DNA of 64,000 bases from Kiritimatiellota bacterium (GTDB taxonomy: Bacteria > Verrucomicrobiota > Kiritimatiellia > JAAZAB01), in NCBI GenBank assembly GCA_026398415.1, contig JAPLSY010000088.1, forward strand, positions 13,633 to 77,632, given 5' to 3'. A program made the translations under genes and the position numbers. Numbering within the stretch: the first letter of the stretch is position 1; every line of letters starts with the position of its first letter. This document shows positions 28,162-38,087 of the stretch, piece by piece. The notes beneath the pieces were generated by a model. That model saw nothing but the letters and a program-made list of their open reading frames with translations, was not told the DNA's origin and searched no databases.

Positions 28162-29998
28162 GCAGCATTTTCTTCAACGCCGCCCGTTTTTTCTGGATCA
28201 ACTGCTGGGCGATCATAATGACCGTGTTGGTTGACCAGTACAGGACCAGGGCGGAGGGCATATTGTAAAACATGACCAGCATCATGACCGGCATGAAGAA
28301 CAAAAGCATTTTCTGCTGGGATGCGTCCGTGGCGGGCGTCATGGATTGTTGCCAGGCCTGGGTGGCTGCCATGAAAATGGGCAGGATGTTGAGCGCATCC
28401 CAGCCCAGCAATGGAATGGTGAAGCCAAACTGGATCAGGCGCTCCGGTTCGCTGAGATCCTTGATCCAGAGGAAGTCGGCGAAGCGCAGTTCGATGGCAC
28501 TGCGCAGGACGACGAAGAGGGCGATGAACACGGGAATCTGAATCAGCATGGGCAGGCAGCCGCTCACGGGATTGACCTTGTTCTGCTTATACAAGGCCAT
28601 GGTCTCTTCCTGCAGTTTGCGCGGGCTGTCTTTGTGTTTCTTGCGTAGTTCCGCGATCAGGGGCTGGAGCTCCTGCATTTTCTTCATGCTCTCGGTGCTC
28701 TTGTGGGTCAACGGCCAGAACAGAATGCGAATCAGGACCGTAAGCAGAATGATGGCGATCCCGTAATTGGGAATAACGCTGTAGGTGGCATTCAGCACGA
28801 TGAGCAGGAATTTACACAGCGGCGACCACATGCCGAAATCCATGACATCTTCCTGATGCAACCCCAGTTTCCGCAGGAGCGAATACTTTTTCGGCCCGGT
28901 ATAAAGTTTAAGCGTCTGGGTCACGGATTCGCCCGGATTAAGGGTCCGTGCGGGGACAAAGGCTTGTGCGCTCACGGCTTGGATCGTGGCGCTCTTGGGG
29001 GCTTGGCTGGGGTCCTGGGTTTCGCCGGGCGCCAAGGCGCGCTCCGCTATCAATTGGTAACCCGCAGTTCCACCCTCGGGTGCCAGAATCTGTACAAAAA
29101 ACTTGCTCTTTACGGCCACCCAGTCTGCCGGCGAATTAGTCTGGAAAGCAATGGTCCGGGGCACGTGCTTGTCCTCGTCCGCCTGCTGTTTAAACAGCTT
29201 GGGCAGGTTGCCGGCCCAGTATTTGACGCCTTCGCCGCCGCTCGAATTGAGCACGTCGACGCCCATTGATTCCACGCCGGTGGTTTTAGTTTCCTCCTTG
29301 CCGATCCGCATGGAACCGAGCTGGACACCGCATTCCGGCAATGTAATGGTCTGGCGGCCTTCGTTGCGGTACGAGTCCTGTACGATAATCTGATAATCGG
29401 CGCCGAACGCAATCAGGCGCGTAAAATGCACTCCCGCCGATGTAGTTTTTTCCACGCGGAGCTTGCCGGTGGCATCCTCCCGTTCAAGTGTAAAGTCATC
29501 GGCGGCGGAAAGCTCCGGAAACCCGGTGTAGGTCAAGGCGGGCGCATTGGAAAAATCAAGGACCATCGTTCCGCTATGCTTATTCACGGTTTGCCGATAC
29601 AGCGGGAATTCGGCGGCGACCAGGCCGCCACCCCAGGACGAAAACGTGAGGACCGTATTTGCGTTGGTCAGCGTAAGGCGCTGTTCGGGGCTTGCCCTCC
29701 GACTTGTCCGCCGAAGCTCTTGCGAAGGAGGGAGCGGCTGTGCGGAGGAGGAAGCGGTCAGCGCCGGCTCATTCGAGCCCGCCGCAATGGCCGCTGGGAC
29801 GGTTTTAGCTTCGGAGGGCAGGGCATCCGGTGTCCGGACCGATGCTTGATTGGTCATCGCAGACGAGCGCGCTGCTTCCATGGCCGTGGCTGGTTTGGTC
29901 GGGGCCGGCGGGGGCTGGAAGAACCGGGTATAAACCATTGGCCATGCCAGCATAAGCGCAAATAAAGCGACGATAATGATCAGGTCTTGTTTTTTCAT
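28124..29998 (-). CDS. yidC: Membrane protein insertase YidC (long periplasmic domain form)
   Basis: N-terminal TM, large periplasmic beta-domain, C-terminal conserved core (GIAIILLTVLIRILFWPL...QIPVFIALF...). Confidence 0.9.
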   Translation of the reverse strand: MKKQDLIIIVALFALMLAWPMVYTRFFQPPPAPTKPATAMEAARSSAMTNQASVRTPDALPSEAKTVPAAIAAGSNEPALTASSSAQPLPPSQELRRTSRRASPEQRLTLTNANTVLTFSSWGGGLVAAEFPLYRQTVNKHSGTMVLDFSNAPALTYTGFPELSAADDFTLEREDATGKLRVEKTTSAGVHFTRLIAFGADYQIIVQDSYRNEGRQTITLPECGVQLGSMRIGKEETKTTGVESMGVDVLNSSGGEGVKYWAGNLPKLFKQQADEDKHVPRTIAFQTNSPADWVAVKSKFFVQILAPEGGTAGYQLIAERALAPGETQDPSQAPKSATIQAVSAQAFVPARTLNPGESVTQTLKLYTGPKKYSLLRKLGLHQEDVMDFGMWSPLCKFLLIVLNATYSVIPNYGIAIILLTVLIRILFWPLTHKSTESMKKMQELQPLIAELRKKHKDSPRKLQEETMALYKQNKVNPVSGCLPMLIQIPVFIALFVVLRSAIELRFADFLWIKDLSEPERLIQFGFTIPLLGWDALNILPIFMAATQAWQQSMTPATDASQQKMLLFFMPVMMLVMFYNMPSALVLYWSTNTVIMIAQQLIQKKRAALKKMLHESLPPVHRQKV

Positions 29999-30042
29999 AA
30001 TGATCTATCTGGAAATACTGTTAGCTACGCGCTTCCCATGCT

Positions 30043-30273
30043 TTACGGTACGTGATCAACGCCGCCGGGATGGAATGGGTGGCATTTGCCCAGCCGCATA
30101 ATTCCCAGGGTGATACCCTTAAAACATCCGTGCTTGTGAATGGCTTCGCGACAATAAGTGGAACACGACGGATAGAACCGGCAACAATCTCCCAGTAAAG
30201 GCGAGATGGCAAACTGGTAGGTGCGTATTAGTATGTCTAATAATTGGCGCATGGGTCCATCCGAAAACAGCAA
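30043..30273 (-). CDS. yidD: Membrane protein insertion efficiency factor YidD
   Basis: YQFAISPLLGDCCRFYPSCSTYCREAIHKHG, canonical YidD. Confidence 0.85.
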   Translation of the reverse strand: MLFSDGPMRQLLDILIRTYQFAISPLLGDCCRFYPSCSTYCREAIHKHGCFKGITLGIMRLGKCHPFHPGGVDHVP

Positions 30274-30348
30274 AATTTTTTACCGCGGATGACACGGATT
30301 TCGCAGATACGTTTTTTCTGATCCGTGCCCATCCGCGCTATCCGTGGT

Positions 30349-30789
30349 CTATTTTATGGGTATTAACCCCGCCTGGGCGGCCAGCCGGTTCAGTTCCTGA
30401 ACCAGGTCGCCCCATTCGGCCTTTATGACCGCGGGCCGTGCCACCAGCACGACGTCCATGTGGCCCTGGAAGCCATGCCGGTTTAATCGGAAGGCTTCCC
30501 GCAAACGACGTTTAGCCCGGTTGCGTATGACCGCCGGCCCGATCCGCCGGCTGGCCACCACGCCCAGGCGCAGGGCGGCATCCGCGCCCGCGTAACACCA
30601 CAGCACCATGAATCGCCCGACGAACCGCTGTTGTTGCGCATAGGTTCGTTCGAACTGCAATCGCCTGGTCAGGCGCTGGCGCCTGGATAACCGGCGGTCA
30701 GGCTCCGCCGGCCGTGCTTCGCCATAGCGCTTCGCGACGGCGAGAGCGCTACGCCCAGGCGAGTCAGGTTGCCGCGTCCCAGTGGTCAT
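30349..30789 (-). CDS. rnpA: Ribonuclease P protein component
   Basis: LGVVASRRIGPAVIRNRAKRRLREAFR matches the RnpA RNR motif. Located between rpmH and yidD. The N-terminus of the ORF may be over-extended. Confidence 0.75.
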   Translation of the reverse strand: MTTGTRQPDSPGRSALAVAKRYGEARPAEPDRRLSRRQRLTRRLQFERTYAQQQRFVGRFMVLWCYAGADAALRLGVVASRRIGPAVIRNRAKRRLREAFRLNRHGFQGHMDVVLVARPAVIKAEWGDLVQELNRLAAQAGLIPIK

Positions 30790-30872
30790 GGATGCTGCTC
30801 CCTGATAAGGATAGCCCCTGCCCGTAATGCAACGTCCGCCAACTGACGGATTGCAGACGGGCTGATGTGCGG

Positions 30873-31010
30873 CTAATCAACGGTCAATCGCCGCCGACCC
30901 TTTTGGCGGCGCTGGGCCAAAACCTTGCGGCCATCCGCCGTGCGCATCCGGGCGCGAAACCCATGCTTGCGTTGCCGTTTTTTAACGGATGGATGATAGG
31001 TGGTATTCAT
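30873..31010 (-). CDS. rpmH: 50S ribosomal protein L34
   Basis: Own translation of the minus strand: [45 protein letters not shown], stop TAG. Below the ORF-track length cutoff. Confidence 0.85.
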   Translation of the reverse strand: MNTTYHPSVKKRQRKHGFRARMRTADGRKVLAQRRQKGRRRLTVD

Positions 31011-31245
31011 AAATTTTCCCCGATTAGTATGGATCAGTTTTCAGCGGCCGGTCTTCAACTGGAAGGCCGGGGTCAGTAATGCAACCGGTAATAATCCATT
31101 TCCTTGCGGTCTTGTCAAGCTCGCGCTCGATTTTGCTTGAGTTATCATGGGGCCTTATGGTATTCACACGCCTTACGTTGGGCGGGCAAACGAGTTCGGA
31201 GAGAACGGTCGCGAACTGTTGAAACATGCAACCTTGAGGTGCTGA

Positions 31246-31878
31246 ATGCTGACGGAAACCATTGCGCAACTGGCAGTGCGGTGTCTGGATATATCGGGAT
31301 ATTACGGAGCCGGTTTGCTCATGGCCCTGGAAAGCATGATTGCGCCCGTGCCCAGCGAGGCAGTCATGCCTTTTGTCGGGTTCCAGGTGGCGGATGGGAA
31401 GTGGAATCTGGGTCTGGCCATTCTGGCGACCAGTCTCGGGTCCATCGCGGGATCCTGGCTGTCGTATCTCATCGGTGACTACGGCGGACGCCCCGTGGTG
31501 CTGAAGGTGGGAAAATATTTACTTCTCGACAAAGAGGATCTGGAAAAAACGGAGGCCTTTTTTAACCGGCGGGCGGGTATCTGGACGATATTCATCGCCC
31601 GATTCATCCCCGTCGTGCGGCATTTAATTTCCCTTCCCGCTGGTATGGGCAAGATGCCGATGATGCCATTTTTGGCGGCGACCCTGCTCGGCGCCACGAT
31701 CTGGAACACGTTTCTACTGTTTTGCGGGATGAAATTGCGGCAGAACTGGATCATTGTTCAGAAGTATTCGCACGAAATCGACATCGTTGTGGTGCTGGTC
31801 CTGGCGGCCGGTTTGGGCTGGTTCGTCTGGTCCCGACTGGCGAAGCGGAAGGCGCGGGCTTTAACAGAGACGATGTAA
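31246..31878 (+). CDS. DedA/VTT-domain (SNARE-associated) membrane protein
   Basis: LESMIAPVPSEAVMPFVGF... and GRPVVLKVGKYLLLDKEDLEKTEAFFNRRAGIWTIFIARFIPVVR match the DedA pattern. Confidence 0.8.
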   Translation: MLTETIAQLAVRCLDISGYYGAGLLMALESMIAPVPSEAVMPFVGFQVADGKWNLGLAILATSLGSIAGSWLSYLIGDYGGRPVVLKVGKYLLLDKEDLEKTEAFFNRRAGIWTIFIARFIPVVRHLISLPAGMGKMPMMPFLAATLLGATIWNTFLLFCGMKLRQNWIIVQKYSHEIDIVVVLVLAAGLGWFVWSRLAKRKARALTETM

Positions 31879-31950
31879 CGCAAAGGCGCAAAGCCGGCGA
31901 AACCATGTTTCGCCATACTTTGCGCCTTCGGTTTAGTGTTAAGCTGCGGC

Positions 31951-32463
31951 TTAGAAATAACAGCGTACACCGGCCTTGAGGCCGATATCATTATTCTTGG
32001 CGTCGTCGCCCTGGACGTAGGCCTTTTCGCTGGCCAGATCGAAATATACTTCCGAATAAATGGCCACGCTTTCCGAGAGAAAGAATTTCAAGCCGATGGC
32101 CGGTTCCCAGAGAATATAATTATGCTCCGAGGTGTTACGATAATACTGGCCGAAACAGTACTGCAGACGCATGGCAAAGTAGGGCATGATAAACGAATCC
32201 AGGTCCAGGTTGGCTTCCCCAAAGCCACCCAGGCCGAGGCCCATATCGTAGCCATCATAGCCCCAATCCACGATGCCGCCGAATTCGATGTTGTCGATCA
32301 CGAAATAGCCCAAACCGCTTTCGACCAGCCAATCCACTTTACCCTGCGGGTTGCTGAAATCCATTTGGCCGCCCAACCGCAATTCCAAGGTGTCCATCGG
32401 TATCGTGGCGCCGAAGCTGGTCAGCGCCGCCGCCATCATCGCGATCAATGCGAGTTTTTTCAT
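31951..32463 (-). CDS. Outer-membrane beta-barrel protein (OmpW/OmpA-barrel-like)
   Basis: Signal peptide, alternating amphipathic strands, C-terminal aromatic (…GVRCYF). Confidence 0.5.
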   Translation of the reverse strand: MKKLALIAMMAAALTSFGATIPMDTLELRLGGQMDFSNPQGKVDWLVESGLGYFVIDNIEFGGIVDWGYDGYDMGLGLGGFGEANLDLDSFIMPYFAMRLQYCFGQYYRNTSEHNYILWEPAIGLKFFLSESVAIYSEVYFDLASEKAYVQGDDAKNNDIGLKAGVRCYF

Positions 32464-32991
32464 GCCTTATTTCCTTGCCATTAAGGTGTTTGAATCGTGT
32501 TCGTCTGCCAATCGTTCTTCGCCAGTGTTGCCGCCAAACGGTAAAAAAATATCACCTCCTGTCTGTGTATCCGGTTAACTTGATGATCGGGTTAGTGACC
32601 TTTCGCGGACAATCCTAAATTGCTTCAGCGTTGTCGGCATTATTATGCAACGCCATTGGAGGTCAAGCAAATTTTATGTTCCCTGTGGGCGAGGTGGGGT
32701 CGGTTCGCTTGCCCAGACTCGGGCAATGGTTCTTGAATTTAATGCATCGATTTTTACCATTTGATGCAGGCCGGTAAGGCGGCAAAACTTTGCCGGCGGA
32801 TTCAGAACTTATATCATCAATAAGTTCAAAATAGGAAAACAACCACTGATGATAGTGGAAAATGCTGTAATTGCGAATCCCGCTTTGACGGCTTGCCGTC
32901 AACATTTCCGGTCACACCGCCGCATGATGTTTCGCATACTCCAACTCTTTGCCCTTTTGCAGGCCTAGGACTCGTCCAAAACGTTGCATGA

Positions 32992-34410
32992 CTATATCCT
33001 CACGGCGCGGAATTTCATCGCTTCCGCAAATGCCTCCAATTCCCGCGCATGATCGCCTATTCCCAATGCAATATGATGGCAGGGAGCCTGCTGGCACCAA
33101 TCGTCAATGAACTCGTGAATGGGTTTCTGAACTCTGACCCGGCAATTCGGATTGCCAATGTTCAATATCGTTCCCGGAATCACCTCGGCCACGGTATATA
33201 ACACCTTGAAAGTTTCACCTGCGTCAAATTGCGTCAGGTTTAACAAAGTAATGGGCCCTTCGCGCATCTTAAAATCAATTCCTAGCCCGTGGCCCGTCTT
33301 GCCGTGATGAACGGTCAGGTGCTGGAGTTTCGGACGGCTTTCCGCCACGTTGATATTGCTGGGCCCGTCATGTCCCATCAGGATAAAATTTTCATCAAAG
33401 TCCATTGAGAAAAATTCAAGAAACATACCGCCGCCACCCAGTAAATCCATGATTTTCATCGCCATGGCGGTCTTGACGTCACCTTCCGTGACGCCCGGCC
33501 GGCCGAGCGCCGCCAGCCTGGAAACCGCCAGGGCGGATTGAGACCGCAGCTGGGTGATTAATTCTTTTTCACCCCACCAGTAGTAACCGAAGGCACTGAT
33601 GTCATGCCGCCGGATTACTTCGTCATAAGCAGCAGCAACTTGGGCGGAAAACTTCAGATGCTCATTGGTCACGGTGGCATCTACGTCGTACATTTCCCTG
33701 AACTGACGATACATGTCTTCCAGTTGAGTTTGCGTTACCCGGCGGCAGGCTTCTTCGATTTCCTCCACTTCCGGGCGCTTCAGCAGGCGGGCGGTGGCCC
33801 GCAAAATCCGGTGCTCATCCACGGGCATGTCGGTCATATTGGTGTAAGTATTGCCGATAATGCCGAAATTGAGTCCGCGAAAAGACCGCGCAACTGCGGC
33901 GCCCAGACAATCGGCCTTTACTTCCTTCCAAAAACGTTCCTGCCCGAAATGGCCGGTGAGGACGCGGAACTTTTTGCCCATGCTGATCAGCGTTCCGGAG
34001 TATTCGGGAACGCAGCAAACGCTTTCATGGTAAAGATAGATGGCCGTGTCTGCCTTCTGGTAGTCATAAGAACTGTCGGCGTGCGCATTCAAGATGCGCA
34101 AAGGCATGTCGAGGTCATGAACGGCAGGCGCCATGACCATGCCGGTGGTGTACCCCAGCGGGAAAATCAGCAGAATATCCGGTTGTTGCTGGCGTAAAAA
34201 CTGGCCGGCCGCCGCCGCTTTTTCCGGGGTATCTACCAATTCGGGGGCAATGACCGTGCCGATCGTCTCCAGTTTCCGCCGGAGCTCGGCAAGCATGTTC
34301 AACCCCATTTCTTTTAAACCGGGGAACTGACTCCAGTAAATAAGATGGCCGGTCGGCAATAAACCGATCCGGGGGACGGGCATTCGGGCGGTCAATTGCG
34401 AATTGCTCAT
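32992..34410 (-). CDS. L-fucose/L-arabinose isomerase-family protein
   Basis: Length and overall pattern resemble the FucI/AraA-like C-terminal domain (…HHIALGIGDHARELEAFAEAM). The family call is tentative. Confidence 0.4.
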   Translation of the reverse strand: MSNSQLTARMPVPRIGLLPTGHLIYWSQFPGLKEMGLNMLAELRRKLETIGTVIAPELVDTPEKAAAAGQFLRQQQPDILLIFPLGYTTGMVMAPAVHDLDMPLRILNAHADSSYDYQKADTAIYLYHESVCCVPEYSGTLISMGKKFRVLTGHFGQERFWKEVKADCLGAAVARSFRGLNFGIIGNTYTNMTDMPVDEHRILRATARLLKRPEVEEIEEACRRVTQTQLEDMYRQFREMYDVDATVTNEHLKFSAQVAAAYDEVIRRHDISAFGYYWWGEKELITQLRSQSALAVSRLAALGRPGVTEGDVKTAMAMKIMDLLGGGGMFLEFFSMDFDENFILMGHDGPSNINVAESRPKLQHLTVHHGKTGHGLGIDFKMREGPITLLNLTQFDAGETFKVLYTVAEVIPGTILNIGNPNCRVRVQKPIHEFIDDWCQQAPCHHIALGIGDHARELEAFAEAMKFRAVRI

Positions 34411-35219
34411 GGGTTTACCCTTTCTTTTGTCATCAACGGATCGTTGGGCGCGGCAAGAATGTCAATATACTTTGCCAGATCGCGCATGGCAATCACCGTG
34501 CAGTCCCGTTCCCGCAGGTGCTGCATATACTCTTTGAAAGCTTGCGGGTCGGTGTGGACCCAGGCGTGTTCCACGTCGGGGACGCCATGAAAGCACAGTA
34601 CCGCGATCTTGCCGTCGCGGGCTTGGCTGATGGTCCAGAGCAGATCATCCAATCCCCAGTGAGGACCGGAAAAACCCGTCGTTGGAATCAGCAAGGGGTG
34701 GTTTACGTGCGGATCATAAACCGGGCCGCGTTGGCCTTTATCGTCATAACGGCATTCCGGGAAGGCGCCACGGCGCGCGAACGAATACCCTTTTTCCTTG
34801 AGCGCTTCGATCGCGTTGCGGCCAAATGAAAATCCCGGGAAACAGAACGAGACCGGCCGCGAGATGCCATGCTCTGCGCACAAATACTCAACGGCGTTCA
34901 ATTCCTCGATGACTGCCTGCTTCGACATTGCGCTGACGTTCGGGTGATGTACGGTGTGATTGCCGATCTCGAAGCCGGCCTTATGCATGCCGGCGATCTG
35001 ATCCCAGGCGGCGTAGTTCTTCGCGTTCCGCGCGTTCCAGCCTTCGGGTGTTCCTGACGGATTATTGACGAAAAACGTCGCGCCAAAACCGAATTCCTTC
35101 AACAGGGGCGCAACGAATTCCGCGTCCGATTTGCAACCGTCATCGAATGTCAGCACCACCAACCCATCGGGGATGGGCCGCGGGCGGGCGGATTTTTTTT
35201 CCGTTGTTTGTGTCTTCAT
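34407..35219 (-). CDS. Polysaccharide deacetylase (CE4, NodB homology domain)
   Basis: LTFDDGCKSDAEFVAPLLKEFGFGATFFV plus downstream His motifs (HTVHHP). Confidence 0.75.
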   Translation of the reverse strand: MKTQTTEKKSARPRPIPDGLVVLTFDDGCKSDAEFVAPLLKEFGFGATFFVNNPSGTPEGWNARNAKNYAAWDQIAGMHKAGFEIGNHTVHHPNVSAMSKQAVIEELNAVEYLCAEHGISRPVSFCFPGFSFGRNAIEALKEKGYSFARRGAFPECRYDDKGQRGPVYDPHVNHPLLIPTTGFSGPHWGLDDLLWTISQARDGKIAVLCFHGVPDVEHAWVHTDPQAFKEYMQHLRERDCTVIAMRDLAKYIDILAAPNDPLMTKERVNP

Positions 35220-37927
35220 CTCGAATTCTCCTGGTTCTGAAGCGTAAACTCATAAATACCTGAGCCGATTGTCAAGACAACGCCGTTCTCCGTCTCGTGT
35301 CCCTTGGTTACGCCGGTTACGCCATCGAGAAATCTCCCGCTTTTCCACACGGGCTGATCGCCTTCGGTGATCAGCTCGTTCGACAAATTCAGCTTGGGCA
35401 CCGTTACGATCGCGGTAGTGTTGACGGGAATGGCGACCTTGATCGTCACCCCGCTGTCTTTCCTTTGCCATTCGACGGCGATTCGGCCGTGAAACGAGTT
35501 GAAGGATGCTTTGGCCCAGGTCAAGTCGCCGACGACGGTTGGGGCGACCGCGATGGTCTTCCAGCCGGGCGACGCGGGACTGATGCCGGCCAGGTTCTTG
35601 TAGAAGAACTTTTCGATGCTTCCAAGCATCTTCATGCTGAGGCTGTAGACGCTGTTACATTCGAAACATTCCCCGATGGTTGTCTGCCCATGAGCCACGC
35701 CATAGCCCCAACTCGGGAAAACCGTCTGCGTTGCGATGCGGAACATGACATCCGCGCGCCCGTATCGGGGAAGGGTTTGTTCGAGCGCATCGGTGCCGAT
35801 GATACCGGTTGACAAACGTCCTCCGCGCTTGTCTATATCCTTGACCAGATTGTCGAGCACGGCTTCGACGCGGTCGGACGGCGCCAGATCCAGGTAAAGT
35901 GCCAGCGCATTTGAGGTTTGACTGCCGGTGGCATACTGATTCGTTTCCGGGTTGAAGAATTCCTTGTTGAACGCCACCCGGATATCCTCCGCGAGGCGCC
36001 CGTATTCGCGGGCATCGTCATGCCGCCCAAGAATGGCGGCCGCCTGGGCGACGATTCGCGCCGTGCGTTGATAGTAAGCGGTTCCCGTGAGTTTCGCCGG
36101 AGTTAATTGAGGTTGGAAAGTACTACTGCCGTCCTCGCGCGGCTCCATGTGGTCGCCCAGCGGCTCCTTTACGATGATGTGATTTTCAGCCTTGGAGCCG
36201 AACCAGGCCACCTGCTTGCGCAGGCAATCGAAATGTTTCTCCAGAATGCGGACGTCGTCATTATACAAGTAAACAAACCATACATATAAAGCGTAAGTGC
36301 ATTCCCAACAAGGCCAGTATTCGTACTGGCCATAGGCAAAATAAGGCGGGCAAATGTAAGAGACCTGTCCCTCGGGTGTTTGACTGTCGGCGATGTCATC
36401 GAGCCACTTGCTCCAGAAGCGGACGTCCCGGAAGTTGAACATGATGTCTTCGGCGACGAAACCGGGATCGCCCAGCCAGCCGACGCGTTCGGCGCGATCC
36501 GCCGCGTCCTGCGGCTGGCCCTGGAAACTGCCGAAAAACGTCCACCAGACGTTATGGTGGATGCGGTTGAGAAGCTCGTTAGAGCACACAAACTCGCCCG
36601 CGATTTCAATATCGGTGTTGACGGCGCAACCGGTCACGTCGGCGACGGTCGGCGCACCTGGATAGCCGCGCACCTCGACGTAGCGGAACCCGTGGATCGT
36701 GAACCGCGGGCTCCAAACCTCAACACCCTCGCCCTTAAGCGTGTATGAATCGGTCTGAAGGGCCGCCCAAAAGCCAAGACTGCTGTTGCTGTTGCGGGTA
36801 TCCAGCTTGCCGGTGTCGTAATTCACGCGACCGGCGTGTTCCAATACGACTTTCGTGCCGGCGGGACCATGCACCCGCAATTCGACCCAGCCGGAGATAT
36901 ATTGTCCCATGTCGAAGATGTAGGCGTTGTCGCCGCTCTTCAGCACCCGCGTCGGTTTGAAGCGTCGCGTGACCCGAATGGGTTCGAGCGGCTGGGCCAC
37001 GAGTTTTCCGCTGGGCGCCTTCGCGAGCGTCGCCGAGGCCCACGTCGAATCCTTGAAACCCGCGGCATTCCATCCGGGTTGTTCCAAGCGCGCGTCGTAG
37101 TGCTCGCCGTCGGTAAGATCGTTTGCCGTGATGGGACCGGAGCTTGTCTTCCAGGTTTCGTCCGTCGCCAGCGACACGGTTTTGCCGTCGGCCAGCTCCA
37201 TGTTTATCTGCAACAGCAGAACAGGTCCGCCGGGGAAGGTCAGGCGCATGGCGTGGCGTTCCCGGTCGCAACTATACCACCCATTTCCGAGCATCACGCC
37301 TATGGCGTTTTGACCAGGCTTTAGCAAATCGGTGACGTTGTAGGTGGTGTAGAAGACGCGCGACCGGATATCCTGGGGCAGGATGTTGTCATACCAGGTT
37401 GGCGCGGGATCCATAACGCGATCGTCGGCTTTAACGCCGTTCAGATAGAGTTCGTTGTAGCCAAGGCCGCAAACGTAGATTCGAGCGCGCTTTACGGGCG
37501 CGTCGAGCTTGAATTCCTTGCGAAAGAGCGGCGAGGAAACTTTGCCTACGGTAATCCAGGCGCCGTGCCAGTCGGAAGGCTTCAAGAGTCCCATTTCAAA
37601 CGTAGCCGGCACGGACCATGGCCCGGGTTGCCCCTGGGCATCCCAGGCTCGCACTTTCCACCAGCATTTTTCGGCGCTGGCCAGTTCGCACCCGGCATAG
37701 GGTGCGTTGATATTGCGGTCCGATCGGATCTTGCCGCTATCCCACTTGTCCCCAACGTCGGCGCTAAGCTTCTCGGGACTGCCGGCAACGAGTATTTGGA
37801 ACGCGGTTTGCATCTGTCCGCGTTCCGTTGATTGTAATTGCCAGGAGAATCGCGGCTGAAGCGCGTCAATGCCAAGCGGATCAACGGCATATTCGCATCG
37901 GGGCTCGACTATTCTCAACGACTGCAT
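35216..37927 (-). CDS. Alpha-L-rhamnosidase (GH78)
   Basis: N-terminal LRIVEPRCEYAVDPLGIDALQPRFSWQL and about 900-aa multi-domain length are typical of bacterial GH78. Confidence 0.8.
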   Translation of the reverse strand: MQSLRIVEPRCEYAVDPLGIDALQPRFSWQLQSTERGQMQTAFQILVAGSPEKLSADVGDKWDSGKIRSDRNINAPYAGCELASAEKCWWKVRAWDAQGQPGPWSVPATFEMGLLKPSDWHGAWITVGKVSSPLFRKEFKLDAPVKRARIYVCGLGYNELYLNGVKADDRVMDPAPTWYDNILPQDIRSRVFYTTYNVTDLLKPGQNAIGVMLGNGWYSCDRERHAMRLTFPGGPVLLLQINMELADGKTVSLATDETWKTSSGPITANDLTDGEHYDARLEQPGWNAAGFKDSTWASATLAKAPSGKLVAQPLEPIRVTRRFKPTRVLKSGDNAYIFDMGQYISGWVELRVHGPAGTKVVLEHAGRVNYDTGKLDTRNSNSSLGFWAALQTDSYTLKGEGVEVWSPRFTIHGFRYVEVRGYPGAPTVADVTGCAVNTDIEIAGEFVCSNELLNRIHHNVWWTFFGSFQGQPQDAADRAERVGWLGDPGFVAEDIMFNFRDVRFWSKWLDDIADSQTPEGQVSYICPPYFAYGQYEYWPCWECTYALYVWFVYLYNDDVRILEKHFDCLRKQVAWFGSKAENHIIVKEPLGDHMEPREDGSSTFQPQLTPAKLTGTAYYQRTARIVAQAAAILGRHDDAREYGRLAEDIRVAFNKEFFNPETNQYATGSQTSNALALYLDLAPSDRVEAVLDNLVKDIDKRGGRLSTGIIGTDALEQTLPRYGRADVMFRIATQTVFPSWGYGVAHGQTTIGECFECNSVYSLSMKMLGSIEKFFYKNLAGISPASPGWKTIAVAPTVVGDLTWAKASFNSFHGRIAVEWQRKDSGVTIKVAIPVNTTAIVTVPKLNLSNELITEGDQPVWKSGRFLDGVTGVTKGHETENGVVLTIGSGIYEFTLQNQENSR

Positions 37928-38087
37928 AATTATCCTTTTTTCTATGATGCCGTCTCCCGGTCATCAAGTCCTGCTTGCCCATCCAATACCGCTTTGATAA
38001 AATCCATTTGCATGGGGTGGTTTCCTTTCTTTTGTTACCCAGTCCGATTGTATCGTACCAGATGGGAAACCATCACTCTATTTTAAA

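Noticed and set aside
32663-33100. Small ORFs 32663..32905 (80 aa) and 32912..33100 (62 aa)
   Set aside because: No homology features. Overlap the isomerase gene end or lie in an AT-rich gap. Composition atypical. Treated as non-coding.
37928-38087. Stem GGTGGTTTCC...GGAAACCATC between the rhamnosidase and FG-GAP genes as an intrinsic terminator
   Set aside because: About 45-nt loop and no U-tract on the transcribed (minus) strand. Weak. Not reported as a terminator.
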